Positions 30,086 to 39,775 of a stretch of DNA of 64,000 nt are shown piece by piece. The notes beneath the pieces are model-generated. The model did not search any database. It had not been told where the DNA came from and worked only from the letters and a program-made list of their open reading frames with translations. The DNA is from Spirochaetia bacterium (lineage in GTDB: Bacteria; Spirochaetota; Spirochaetia; CADAEX01). The DNA lies in assembly GCA_963662795.1 (NCBI GenBank), contig OY759746.1, positions 1,696,001 to 1,760,000 on the forward strand, given 5' to 3'. A program made the translations under genes and the position numbers. Numbering within the stretch: the stretch's first letter is position 1; every line of letters begins with the position of its first letter.

Positions 30086-30847
30086 ATGAGCGATGTGTTA
30101 ATAGAAACAAAAGGTGTATCCAAGATTTTCGGCCTGTTCAGGGCAGTCCATGATGTTGATTTCAGTGTCAGGGAATATGATGCTGTCGGCATTATCGGCC
30201 CTAACGGGGCAGGCAAAACTACATTTATCAATATCCTGACCGGCGAGTATGTTCCGGAAGAAGGAACTGTTTTATTCCGGGGAGAAGATATTACGAATCT
30301 GAAGAGCGAAAAAAGGGTTGCAAAAGGGATTATCAGAACATTTCAGCTTGTTCATGTTTTTGACAGCATAACAGTCTTTGAAAACCTGGCACTTTCAGTA
30401 TACAGAAAAAGAGAAGGAAAAGCTTTTCCTTCTAATCTTTATACTACAGTATTCAGTAAAAACAGGGCGATTACTGATGCTGCCGAAAAAGCGCTTGAAG
30501 TTTTTGACCTTAAGAAAGACAGGAACCAGCTGGTAGGAAATCTTTCGCTCGGCAGCCAGAAAAGGCTTGAAATAGCGATGGTCTGGGCTGCAGACCCTGA
30601 GGTTTTTATTCTTGATGAACCTTTTGCAGGAATCAGTGATCATGAAATTGATGATATTATTGCGATTCTTAAAAAACTTGTGCATAAAAAAACCATTATC
30701 ATAGTAGAGCATAAGCTTTCAAAGCTTACGGAAATTGTTGATACATTATGTGTAATGCATGAAGGAAAAATGATTGCTTCAGGACCATGCGAGGAAACAT
30801 TAAATAACCCGATAGTGAGAAAATCCTACTGGAAAATCGAAGAGTGA
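30086..30847 (+). CDS. LIV-type ABC ATP-binding protein (LivG-like)
   Basis: GPNGAGKTT, RTFQ, LDEP, VEH. Confidence 0.92.
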   Translation: MSDVLIETKGVSKIFGLFRAVHDVDFSVREYDAVGIIGPNGAGKTTFINILTGEYVPEEGTVLFRGEDITNLKSEKRVAKGIIRTFQLVHVFDSITVFENLALSVYRKREGKAFPSNLYTTVFSKNRAITDAAEKALEVFDLKKDRNQLVGNLSLGSQKRLEIAMVWAADPEVFILDEPFAGISDHEIDDIIAILKKLVHKKTIIIVEHKLSKLTEIVDTLCVMHEGKMIASGPCEETLNNPIVRKSYWKIEE

Positions 30848-30879
30848 TTTTTGATATATAATTATTCATGGAGTGATAG

Positions 30880-31575
30880 ATGAATCAGGAAAATAAACTT
30901 CTTAATGTTGATAAATTGAATGTCTGTTACGGAAAACTTGCTGTAGTATTTGATGTTTCTGTAAATGTTAACGCCGGAGAGGTTGTTTTTCTTGTCGGCA
31001 GAAACGGGGCAGGCAAGACAACGCTATTAAGAACGATTGCCGGGTTTCTCCAGCCAGCCTCCGGAGAAATTGAATTTAACGGTAAAAATCTCAATAAAAC
31101 AGGTGCCTATAAAACAGCCAGAATGGGACTCAAATATATCCACCAGGATAAACAGGTTTTCGGTGATCTTACAATCAGGGAAAATCTTGAGTTAAGCAGT
31201 TATGCGACAAAGGATTATGACTGGGAACCGGTGTTTAAAATGTTTCCTAAACTTAAAACAATTATTGAAAGAAAAGCAGGTAATTTAAGCGGCGGAGAAA
31301 AACAGATGCTCCTGATAGCAATGGCAATGATAGGAAAACCAGCTCTTGTTATGCTGGATGAGCCGACAGAAGGTCTTGCTCCTCATGTTATCAAGGATCT
31401 TGCTGAAATTTTTAAGGAAATAAGCAAAACCACAACATTGTTTATTGTTGAACAGAATCTGCCTCTGATCGCTGCGATTGCTGACAGGGTTTACTGCATG
31501 AAGGAAGGTAAAGTTGTAAATGAGATTACCAGCAGGGACGATATCGGCAACCTGTGTTTTGAACAATACTTATAA
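30880..31575 (+). CDS. LIV-type ABC ATP-binding protein (LivF-like)
   Basis: GRNGAGKTT, LSGGEKQML, LDEPTEGLAP, VEQN. Confidence 0.93.
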   Translation: MNQENKLLNVDKLNVCYGKLAVVFDVSVNVNAGEVVFLVGRNGAGKTTLLRTIAGFLQPASGEIEFNGKNLNKTGAYKTARMGLKYIHQDKQVFGDLTIRENLELSSYATKDYDWEPVFKMFPKLKTIIERKAGNLSGGEKQMLLIAMAMIGKPALVMLDEPTEGLAPHVIKDLAEIFKEISKTTTLFIVEQNLPLIAAIADRVYCMKEGKVVNEITSRDDIGNLCFEQYL

Positions 31576-31592
31576 AGGTAACAGGAGCTTTT

Positions 31593-32582
31593 ATGAAACT
31601 AAAAAAACTTGAAATACTAGGGCCGGTTTTTATAATACTCGGTCTTTTGATTAGCCGTTATCTGTTTCCAAACAAGATAACCTTTTTTACAGAAATTTCA
31701 ATTTATACAATCTATGTTATGGGAAATAACATCCTGATGGGTTATATGGGATATACCTCGTTCGGGCAGCCGTTTTATTTAAGCTGCGGTGCGTATTCCG
31801 CTGCCATTTATCTTGCATATATCGGCGGCAATGTATTTATCGCGATATTTATTGCATTTCTGGTCGGACTTGCTCTTTCTTTTATTCTGGGGCCAAGTCT
31901 TATGAGGCTGAAAGGGAGCTACTTTACCCTGATAAACGCGTCACTTTGCGCAATAGGAGTCTTTATGTTTGAAAGACTTCTTATCGATATTACCAACGGC
32001 AACGACGGGCTCTGGTACAGGTCAAACATGCACAAAACGCCGTTTCTTGATATCAGGCTTCCGCAGAATTATTTCTTTTTCATACTGATTGTTCTGCTTA
32101 TCGCCCTATACCTTTACAGAAAAATTGACAAATCAGCTCTTGGAACAGTGCTGAAGGCGGCAAGTACCAATCCGAGAAAAATGAGATTTCTCGGATATAA
32201 TGTTTTTGGAATCAGATGGCTGGCTTTTACAATTTCAGTCGTTTTTTCCACGGTAGCTGGTGCTCTTTACTCGGTTAACTTCGGATTTGTCAATCCGAGC
32301 CTCGGGGAAAATTCAAGGGCAATTGAGGTTCTGCTTGCAACTCTTATCGGCGGAATCGGAACAGTATACGGCCCTTTCTTTGGTGCGCTGGGTTTTCTGG
32401 GCATGAAGGATTTTGTCAGCAGCTTTCTCTCAAGATGGGAGTTTGTTGTTGGAATAATGACCCTGATTGTTCTTTTTAGATTCAACAGGGGCCTCTGGGG
32501 AATGATTCAGGATGCAGGAAGTTTTCTTGCAGATACAGGCAGAAAATTTAAAAAGAACAGCATCAAAACTGCAGCAAAATAA
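31593..32582 (+). CDS. LIV-type ABC permease (LivM-like)
   Basis: GYMGYTSFGQ, RLKGSYF, TNGNDG, IGGIGTVYGP. Confidence 0.9.
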   Translation: MKLKKLEILGPVFIILGLLISRYLFPNKITFFTEISIYTIYVMGNNILMGYMGYTSFGQPFYLSCGAYSAAIYLAYIGGNVFIAIFIAFLVGLALSFILGPSLMRLKGSYFTLINASLCAIGVFMFERLLIDITNGNDGLWYRSNMHKTPFLDIRLPQNYFFFILIVLLIALYLYRKIDKSALGTVLKAASTNPRKMRFLGYNVFGIRWLAFTISVVFSTVAGALYSVNFGFVNPSLGENSRAIEVLLATLIGGIGTVYGPFFGALGFLGMKDFVSSFLSRWEFVVGIMTLIVLFRFNRGLWGMIQDAGSFLADTGRKFKKNSIKTAAK

Positions 32583-32598
32583 ATATTGAGAGGAAATT

Positions 32599-33474
32599 AT
32601 GGAAACCTGGTTTACAGCGGTTATATACGGCCTTAGCACAAGCGGAATATTGTTTCTTGTTTCACTTGCATTATCTATCGGTTATGGACTTATGAGAATC
32701 GTCAATATGGAAGCTATGCTCTATTATTCTTTCGGAGCATATGTCACCTATTCAATAGTTACACTGACTGGCAGTTTTTTCCTCGGCGCAGCAGGAGCTA
32801 CTGTTGTCGGGGGTTTGCTGGGCCTTATTGTTGAGACAACACTGCTCAGAAAAGTCTACCACCGGAATATGATGTTTACCATGGTAGTAACATTCAGTGT
32901 TTTTATGATAGGGATTGGAGTTATTCAATTTATTTACGGCCTTGATCCAAAGCCGCTTGCTTCCCCGACTTCGGCAATTATCAGATTCATGAATGTTCAG
33001 ATTCCCCTGTACAGGCTGATTATCATAGTAGTAGCAGTGGTTGCCTATATTCTTATACAGCTGCTTATGAATAAGACAATAACCGGCAAGGCGCTCCGGG
33101 CAGGAATTGAGAACCGCGAAAATGTCGAAGGCCTGGGTGTAAATATCAACAGAATTTTTACAACTACATTTGTAATTGCAAGTGCTTTTGCCGGACTTGG
33201 CGGAGCTCTAAATGCGCCTCTGGTTATGGTAGGCCCCTATATGGGTTTTGATATGCTCCTGACAGCATTTATAACAGTTATTCTTGGCGGCCTCGGAAGT
33301 ATAAAGGGAACCATGGTGGCGGCCCTTATTCTGGGGCAGGTTGTCAGTGTAGGCGGAACGATCTGGGCGCCTCTCGCGTTTGTTGGTCCTTTCATAGTCA
33401 TGTTTATCACTATTCTTATAAGACCTACAGGTCTTTACGGAGTTAAGGGAACAGCATTCGGATTCAATGATTAG
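32599..33474 (+). CDS. LIV-type ABC permease (LivH-like)
   Basis: YGLMRIVN, GKALRA, ILGGLGSIKG, RPTGL. Confidence 0.9.
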   Translation: METWFTAVIYGLSTSGILFLVSLALSIGYGLMRIVNMEAMLYYSFGAYVTYSIVTLTGSFFLGAAGATVVGGLLGLIVETTLLRKVYHRNMMFTMVVTFSVFMIGIGVIQFIYGLDPKPLASPTSAIIRFMNVQIPLYRLIIIVVAVVAYILIQLLMNKTITGKALRAGIENRENVEGLGVNINRIFTTTFVIASAFAGLGGALNAPLVMVGPYMGFDMLLTAFITVILGGLGSIKGTMVAALILGQVVSVGGTIWAPLAFVGPFIVMFITILIRPTGLYGVKGTAFGFND

Positions 33475-33534
33475 ATAAACCTCCCTGCTGTAACAGCAGG
33501 CGGGAGTAAATAATAAAAATACGGGAGTGAGAAA

Positions 33535-34575
33535 GTGGATAAAACAATGAAGGCCTTTGTCCTTGAAAGATATAACAGCCCATTGGTGTTGAAAGATGTT
33601 CCAATGCCGCAGATCGGCGATGATGATGTTCTTGTAAGGGTGAGGGCCGCAGGCATTTGCGGCACAGATTTGAAGATATATACAGGCAAACTTGACGGTA
33701 TTATAAAACTGCCGCATATACCGGGTCATGAAGGGGCAGGTGAGATAGTTAAAACTGGAAAGAATGTTAAAAACATAAAACCCGGGGACCGCGGGATTGT
33801 ATACCACTACATCCCGTGCAGGGACTGTGAGCTCTGCAGAACAGGAAAAGAGAATATCTGTTTTGAAATCAAAAGGACAGGGTTTGAACTTGACGGCGCT
33901 TTCGCTGAGTATATGGCAATCCCGGCATACAATTTCTGCCCTGTTGATGATGAAAAAATGTCATGGTCTGAAATGGCAGTTCTCCCTGATGCGGCCCTTA
34001 CCCCGTATCATGCGTTAAAAACCCTTGGCAAGGTGAAAAAAGGGGCTAAAGTATTAATTATCGGGCTTGGAGGACTTGGCCTTCATGCGGTTATGCTTGG
34101 TAAAATGCTCGGCGCTGATGTTGCCGGCGCTGATATCAGGGATAACTCTCTCACTGAGGCTTTAAAGTATAAAGCGGATATTGTTTTTAACCCTGTTTCA
34201 CAGGACCCAGTTTCTGTGATCAGGGAATGGACAGGCGGACACGGCGCTGATGTTGTGCTTGACGGGGTCGGAACCGGTTCCACATTTCCATGGGCTCTCA
34301 AAAGCCTTAAAAAAGGCGGCAAGCTTGTTTTAATGGGATATGATCCGATTAATCCGGTCCCTCTTGACGCTCTTGGGATGCACTATAACGAATGGGAGAT
34401 AATTGGGGCCCGGCTTGGCACAAAGCAGGAATTAATTGAGCTGATAAATTATACAAAAAATGGTACTTTAAAACCGATTGTTTCGTCTGAGTTTGAAATG
34501 GCCTCGCTTAACCGGGTTTTTACAGAATCGCTGCTTGACAGCATTTACGGAAGGATAGTCTTTAAGGGGCTTTGA
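33535..34575 (+). CDS. Zn-dependent dehydrogenase, paralog set B
   Basis: ICGTD, LPHIPGHE, CRDCELC, GLGGLG, GYDP, MHYNEW shared with 27856. Confidence 0.9.
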   Translation: MDKTMKAFVLERYNSPLVLKDVPMPQIGDDDVLVRVRAAGICGTDLKIYTGKLDGIIKLPHIPGHEGAGEIVKTGKNVKNIKPGDRGIVYHYIPCRDCELCRTGKENICFEIKRTGFELDGAFAEYMAIPAYNFCPVDDEKMSWSEMAVLPDAALTPYHALKTLGKVKKGAKVLIIGLGGLGLHAVMLGKMLGADVAGADIRDNSLTEALKYKADIVFNPVSQDPVSVIREWTGGHGADVVLDGVGTGSTFPWALKSLKKGGKLVLMGYDPINPVPLDALGMHYNEWEIIGARLGTKQELIELINYTKNGTLKPIVSSEFEMASLNRVFTESLLDSIYGRIVFKGL

Positions 34576-34658
34576 TTTTGTCGGATTCCCTGCATCAGAC
34601 AGTGCGAATGGTAATCCCTGTTCTTCCGCCTTTGCTGACAGGGCTGATATTATTCAGC

Positions 34659-34703
34659 TTGACAATTCTGTAAAATGATGGTACAGTAGTATTGTCATAC
34701 AAG
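34659..34703 (+). promoter_or_regulatory. fadR promoter plus autoregulatory operator (site 4)
   Basis: TTGACA 34659-34664, 17 bp, TG-g-TACAGT 34682-34687, ATTGTCATACAAG 34691-34703. Confidence 0.75.
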
Positions 34704-34720
34704 GTATAATTTTAAAAAAG

Positions 34721-35422
34721 GTGATGATAATGGATTTTAAAAAAATTGACCGCGTGAGTATGTCAGAAGAGATTGTTGAATATCTCAAAAATGAAATTTT
34801 AAGCAGAAAACTTAAATCAGGGCAGCGACTTCCTGCTGAAGAATCTCTGGCGGAAAGTATGGGAGTGGGCCGCGGAACTGTACGTGAAGCGCTAAAGGTT
34901 CTGATCCATATGGGGCTTGTAGAAAGAAAAAGAAACGGGACCTTTGTAACAGAGGGTAAACTGAAGCCCGATGTAGAGTTCAGACTTGATGAATACAGGG
35001 ATCTGGTTGAGATAATTGAAGTCAGAAAAGTCATTGAACCTGCGCTTGCCGGTTTTGCGGCTAAAAGGGCAGATAAAAAAACTATTGATAAAATTGCCCT
35101 TGAACTGGATGAAATGAAAAACGGTACAAAAAATGTTGAAGATTTTATACTTCATGACAGCCGTTTCCATGATTTTATTTTTGATGCATCAGGAAATACA
35201 ATTCTTGAGAATTTTATAAAAAGTTTTAAAGACCTTATGATGAAAAACCAGGCAGTAGTTCTTATGGAAAGGTACAGCAATATAATGCCTAAATCCCTGG
35301 ACTATCATGAAAAAATATACAAGGCAATAAGTATTGGAGATGAACATCTGGCTTTTTCATATATGTATGAGCATATTGTGGATGTCGAGAATGAGTTCAA
35401 GATAATAATTGAAGGAGAATAA
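34721..35422 (+). CDS. FadR/GntR family transcriptional regulator
   Basis: RLPAEESLAESMGVGRGTVREAL, GTFV, EVRKVIE, D..FH, H..I. Confidence 0.93.
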   Translation: MMIMDFKKIDRVSMSEEIVEYLKNEILSRKLKSGQRLPAEESLAESMGVGRGTVREALKVLIHMGLVERKRNGTFVTEGKLKPDVEFRLDEYRDLVEIIEVRKVIEPALAGFAAKRADKKTIDKIALELDEMKNGTKNVEDFILHDSRFHDFIFDASGNTILENFIKSFKDLMMKNQAVVLMERYSNIMPKSLDYHEKIYKAISIGDEHLAFSYMYEHIVDVENEFKIIIEGE

Positions 35423-35428
35423 AATCTG

Positions 35429-36505
35429 ATGGTTAATATACCTGAACATATGAAAGCGGTAGTTCTTATGGGGCCTGACAAACTTGAGGTTAGGGACATG
35501 AAGGTTCCCGTTCCCGGGCCTGTGGATGTCCTTATCAGGGTCCAGTCATGCGCATTGTGCGCTTCGGATACAGGGCTGATACACAAGCCTTTTCCGGGCC
35601 AGCCTCCATACGGGGAATTTATTATCGGACATGAGTATTCAGGTACAGTTGCAGCCCTTGGCGGGACTGTTGATGAGTTTGCAGTGGGCGACAGGGTAAC
35701 GGTGGAAGCGCATAACGGATGCGGAAGGTGCAGAAACTGCCGTCTTGGAAACTATACAGGCTGTCTTAATTACGGGGATACCGCCAAAGGCCACAGGGCC
35801 AACGGATTTACAACAAACGGCGGCAATGCCCAGTATGTGATAAACCATATAAATACGGTTCACAAAATAGCGGATAATGTCTCATTCGATGAAGCTTCCC
35901 TTGCGACAAACCTGGGATGTGTATTATACGGATTTGAGACGCTCGGCGGATTCATAGCGGGCGATACAATTGTTATTGTCGGCCCGGGTCCTTTGGGCCT
36001 TAGCGCTGTACAGGCTGCAAGGGCACTTGGTGCCGGGAAGATAATACTGCTTGGAACAAGGGACTCAAGACTCAGGATTGCAGAGAATACAGGCGCCGAT
36101 ATTATCATCAATACAAAAAAACAGGATCCCATGGAAGTAATAATGAGGGAAACAGGCGGAAAGGGGTGCGATATCGCGATAGAGGCATCCGGTTCCGAGG
36201 CAGGACTTGGGCTTTCAATCAAATCAACAAAGAGAATGGGAAAAATCCTGCTTCTGGCTTTCCCCCATAAACCCTTTCCTGCTGATTTTGAAGACCTTGC
36301 GCTTAACAATAAACATATCTTTACAGTAAGAGGGGAAGGATGGGCGAATGTAGGAAGGGCGGCTGTCTTTTTGAATAAGGGCATTGTTGACCTTAAACCG
36401 CTCATTACACACACATTTCCTCTTGCAAAAATAAATGAAGCGTTTGACACATTCAACAACAGAATTGACGGCGCGATAAAAGTAATTTCAAAACCCCAGG
36501 AGTAG
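35429..36505 (+). CDS. Zn-dependent dehydrogenase, paralog set A
   Basis: LCASD, GHEY, CGRCRNC, GHRANGFTTNGG, FTVRGEG. Confidence 0.9.
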   Translation: MVNIPEHMKAVVLMGPDKLEVRDMKVPVPGPVDVLIRVQSCALCASDTGLIHKPFPGQPPYGEFIIGHEYSGTVAALGGTVDEFAVGDRVTVEAHNGCGRCRNCRLGNYTGCLNYGDTAKGHRANGFTTNGGNAQYVINHINTVHKIADNVSFDEASLATNLGCVLYGFETLGGFIAGDTIVIVGPGPLGLSAVQAARALGAGKIILLGTRDSRLRIAENTGADIIINTKKQDPMEVIMRETGGKGCDIAIEASGSEAGLGLSIKSTKRMGKILLLAFPHKPFPADFEDLALNNKHIFTVRGEGWANVGRAAVFLNKGIVDLKPLITHTFPLAKINEAFDTFNNRIDGAIKVISKPQE

Positions 36506-36510
36506 GTGTA

Positions 36511-37743
36511 ATGTCTTCTGTTTTACTTATTGCAACCCTTGATACCAAATCGGAAGAAGCCGCCTACGTCAGGGCTCAGATTGAAAGCCATGGAGAGCAG
36601 GTGATACTTGCGAATACAGGTGTTTTTCTCCCTTTTGAGGAAAATGCCGAAATAAAAGGGGCAGAGATAGTCAAAGCAGGATGCGGACTTACGATAGAAG
36701 AACTTAAGGCGAGGGGAGACAAGGGACTGAGCATTGAAGCGATTACTAACGGAATAAAGATAATCACTAAAAAACTGCATGAGGAAGGAAAGATCGCGGC
36801 AGTTCTTTCGATAGGCGGGGCTCAAGGAACTGATATGGGAACAGCTGCGATGAGAGAGCTTCCGTTCGGGGTTCCCAAATTCATGGTCTCAACTGTTGCC
36901 TCCGGCAAAGCCACTTTCGGCCCGTTTGTCGGGACAAAAGATATTATCATGATGCATTCGGTATGCGATATTCAGGGACTTAATATAGTCACAAGAAGTG
37001 TTTTTGACAATGCGGCATCCGCAGTATGCGGTATGGTTAAAAACAGGAAGAAGAATCAGAATAAAAGAGCGGGAAGGGCAGGATCAATCGCGGTAAGCAT
37101 GCTTGGAACGACAACCCCCGGAGCCCTTTATGCCAAGGAACTTATTGAAAAAGAGAACTATGATTTTGTAGCGTTCCATCAGAATGGAACAGGCGGTATT
37201 GCCATGGAGGAAATGATTGAAGAGGGGCTCTTTAAAGGGGTTCTTGATATCAACCTTCATGAAATCGGCGACAGGTATTTCGGGGGGCTGCACGGATCGG
37301 TAAGGGAAGGGCGTCTTGAAAGCGCAGGAAAAACCGCTCTTCCCCAGGTTATCGCCCCGGGGAGCATCAACTATACAGTACAGGGCCCGTATGCTGAAGT
37401 AAGCGAAGAACTTAAAAAAAGGCAGCACATTATACATAATTCATTTCTCACCCTTGTAAGACTTACCCCTGATGAACTTTCCGGGGTAGGGAAAATTACA
37501 GCAGAAAAAATAAATCTTTCAAGAGGCAAGGTGCATGTTTACATACCTCTTAAAGGATTTTCATTTCCTGATTCGGCCGGAAGGGAACACTGGGACCCGG
37601 AAGGGAACGCTGCTTTTACAGACGCTCTGAAGAAGAACTTAAGGAAAGATATTCCGTGTGACGAACTTGATTTACACATAAACGATACGGAATTTATTGA
37701 TATTGCGGTTAATAAGCTTTTCAGTTTTATAAAGGAAAAGTGA
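36511..37743 (+). CDS. Tm-1-like ATP-binding domain protein (UPF0261)
   Basis: ATLDTK, GGAQGT, LPFGVPKFMVSTVASG, SVCDIQGLN, GTTTP, FHQNGTGG..ME, HIND. Confidence 0.9.
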   Translation: MSSVLLIATLDTKSEEAAYVRAQIESHGEQVILANTGVFLPFEENAEIKGAEIVKAGCGLTIEELKARGDKGLSIEAITNGIKIITKKLHEEGKIAAVLSIGGAQGTDMGTAAMRELPFGVPKFMVSTVASGKATFGPFVGTKDIIMMHSVCDIQGLNIVTRSVFDNAASAVCGMVKNRKKNQNKRAGRAGSIAVSMLGTTTPGALYAKELIEKENYDFVAFHQNGTGGIAMEEMIEEGLFKGVLDINLHEIGDRYFGGLHGSVREGRLESAGKTALPQVIAPGSINYTVQGPYAEVSEELKKRQHIIHNSFLTLVRLTPDELSGVGKITAEKINLSRGKVHVYIPLKGFSFPDSAGREHWDPEGNAAFTDALKKNLRKDIPCDELDLHINDTEFIDIAVNKLFSFIKEK

Positions 37744-37778
37744 TTTACTTTAAAGCGGATAATATGCCAGGAGGAATA

Positions 37779-38675
37779 ATGAGCAAGGCTAAGGAAATGC
37801 TTTCAGGGGTCTACTCCCCGATGTGTACTCCATTTAAAAATGATGAAGTAGACTATGCAGGAATGGAAAAAAATGTTGATTTGATGAATTCATCCGGACT
37901 CAAGGGTTATTTTGTACTTGGAACAAACGGTGAGTTCAAAACAATGTCAGAAGAGGAAAAATTCAAGCTGCTTGGTGTTGTAATAAAAAGAGCGGCGAAA
38001 GACAAGGTCGTAATGGCAGGAACCGGAGCAGAAAGCACCAGGGAAACAATCAGGCTCACAAAAAAAGCGGCAGATTTGGGGGCGGTTATGGTAAGCCTTT
38101 TGATGCCCAGTTTTTTCGCGAAGAAAATTACGGATGATGTGATAATAAGGCATATCACAGAGATTGCAGAGGCATCCCCTGTTCCTGTAGTGCTTTACAA
38201 CAATCCTTCGGTGGCGGCGGGAGTCACAATAAGACCTGCTGTTATCAAGGTTGTATCGCAGCATTCCAATGTCGCGGGAATCAAGGATTCAAGCAAGGAA
38301 ACATGGCCTTTAAACGTAGTTTTTAACAGCAGCGGTTTTTCCGTACTGGCAGGCAGCGCGGGGTACTTTTTTGACCTGCTTGACAAGGGCGGTACAGGCG
38401 GAGTGCTGTCTCTCGCGAATGTTTTCCCCGATGCGTGCGCAAAGCTTTACAACCTTTATATTTCAGGTAAAAAAGCGGAAGCGGCAGAGCTTAACAATAA
38501 GCTGCTTGATCTCAATAAAAAAGTATCAGGTACTTACGGAGTGGCGGGAGTAAAATACGCGATGGACCTTGCGGGCTTTGCAGGGGGAGTAATGCGCAGA
38601 CCGCTCGGTACCCTGAATGCTGAACAGAAAAAAACACTTGAAGCTGACCTTAGGGGCAGCGGGTTTTTAAAATAA
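37779..38675 (+). CDS. DHDPS/N-acetylneuraminate-lyase family aldolase (HOGA-like)
   Basis: GTNGE (not DapA GTTGE), VLYNNP, GIKDS Schiff-base Lys. Start ATG 37779 after AGGAGG. Confidence 0.85.
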   Translation: MSKAKEMLSGVYSPMCTPFKNDEVDYAGMEKNVDLMNSSGLKGYFVLGTNGEFKTMSEEEKFKLLGVVIKRAAKDKVVMAGTGAESTRETIRLTKKAADLGAVMVSLLMPSFFAKKITDDVIIRHITEIAEASPVPVVLYNNPSVAAGVTIRPAVIKVVSQHSNVAGIKDSSKETWPLNVVFNSSGFSVLAGSAGYFFDLLDKGGTGGVLSLANVFPDACAKLYNLYISGKKAEAAELNNKLLDLNKKVSGTYGVAGVKYAMDLAGFAGGVMRRPLGTLNAEQKKTLEADLRGSGFLK

Positions 38676-38701
38676 TAATTATAACCAATGGAGGTTAACA
38701 G

Positions 38702-39580
38702 ATGTCATCAGACGGAATGAAAAGAGGCAAAAGTCAGAATATCCTGGATCTCGGATATACAGATGTAAGGGAACATCTTAAGAAAAACGATACAATTATC
38801 GTAAGTATGGGATCGATTGAAAAACATGGAGCGCACTGCCCGCTGGGAACAGACAGTTTTACAGCAATGGGTGTTATTGAAGAAGCTGCCAGATTAACAG
38901 ACACACTTTATACACCTTTAATACCTGTCGGATATTCCCCCCACCACATGGGAAGACAGGGCGAAGGAACAGGAACACTCACTTTTTCAGGAGATACTTA
39001 CAGAAGAATAGTATATGATCTTGCGAAAAGCCTTATATACCACGGCTACAACAAACTGGTTTTTGTTACACATCATGGAAGCAACTCCAAGGTAATTGAT
39101 GATGTACTTAGAAAAATCAGGTATGAAACCGGATGTTTTGTCGGATGGTTTAAAACTCCGACAGAAAGAAATTACAGATTTATCGCAGATATCCTTGAGG
39201 GAACACCTGAGGAAACACCGGGCTGGCACGCAGGGGAGCTTGAGACATCAACAGCATGGGCATACAATCCTGAATCTGTTGCAATGGAACTCGCAAAAGA
39301 AGACAGAACACATGCGCCGAAGTGGATGACAAAAGAGTTTACAAAACATGACGGGTCAGGTTTTGTAACATTCAGGGGCGATGAATGCATGTGGGTACCG
39401 ATGGAACACCATGAATATTCAGATACAGCAACAATTGGAAATCCTTTAAGAGCTTCCAGGGAAAAGGGAGAGAAAATCCTTAAGAGAGGCGGAGAACTTC
39501 TCGCGGCTCTTATCGAAGAAATTAAAAAATTCGATATCAAGGTTCCGGAAGAAAAAAGAGCTTTCAACAACCGCGCGTAG
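38702..39580 (+). CDS. Creatininase-family metallo-hydrolase
   Basis: GSIEKHG.H.PLGTD, GYSPHH, HHGSN, HAGELETS. Confidence 0.9.
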   Translation: MSSDGMKRGKSQNILDLGYTDVREHLKKNDTIIVSMGSIEKHGAHCPLGTDSFTAMGVIEEAARLTDTLYTPLIPVGYSPHHMGRQGEGTGTLTFSGDTYRRIVYDLAKSLIYHGYNKLVFVTHHGSNSKVIDDVLRKIRYETGCFVGWFKTPTERNYRFIADILEGTPEETPGWHAGELETSTAWAYNPESVAMELAKEDRTHAPKWMTKEFTKHDGSGFVTFRGDECMWVPMEHHEYSDTATIGNPLRASREKGEKILKRGGELLAALIEEIKKFDIKVPEEKRAFNNRA

Positions 39581-39611
39581 TAATCGAGGTTTTTGTAAAT
39601 AATCGACAATA

Positions 39612-39644
39612 CAGATACCCCGAGCCGCAAGGTCGGGGTATCTG
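39612..39644 (+). terminator. GCAA-tetraloop stem-loop in an intergenic spacer
   Basis: CAGATACCCCGA-GCC-GCAA-GG-TCGGGGTATCTG; no U-tract. Confidence 0.55.
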
Positions 39645-39775
39645 ACTGTTAAGAGGCATATCTTTCAGCCGGTCAGATATACTTTAAAAAATCCTGATTC
39701 AACTTGCCGAACCGGTGAGGATTTATATAGATGAATCCTGGTTAATCTTTAAGAAAATATCCTTAGGAGAAAAAT

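Noticed and set aside
37779-38675. dapA (lysine biosynthesis)
   Set aside because: It has GTNGE instead of GTTGE, no dapB/asd neighbours, and a catabolic context.
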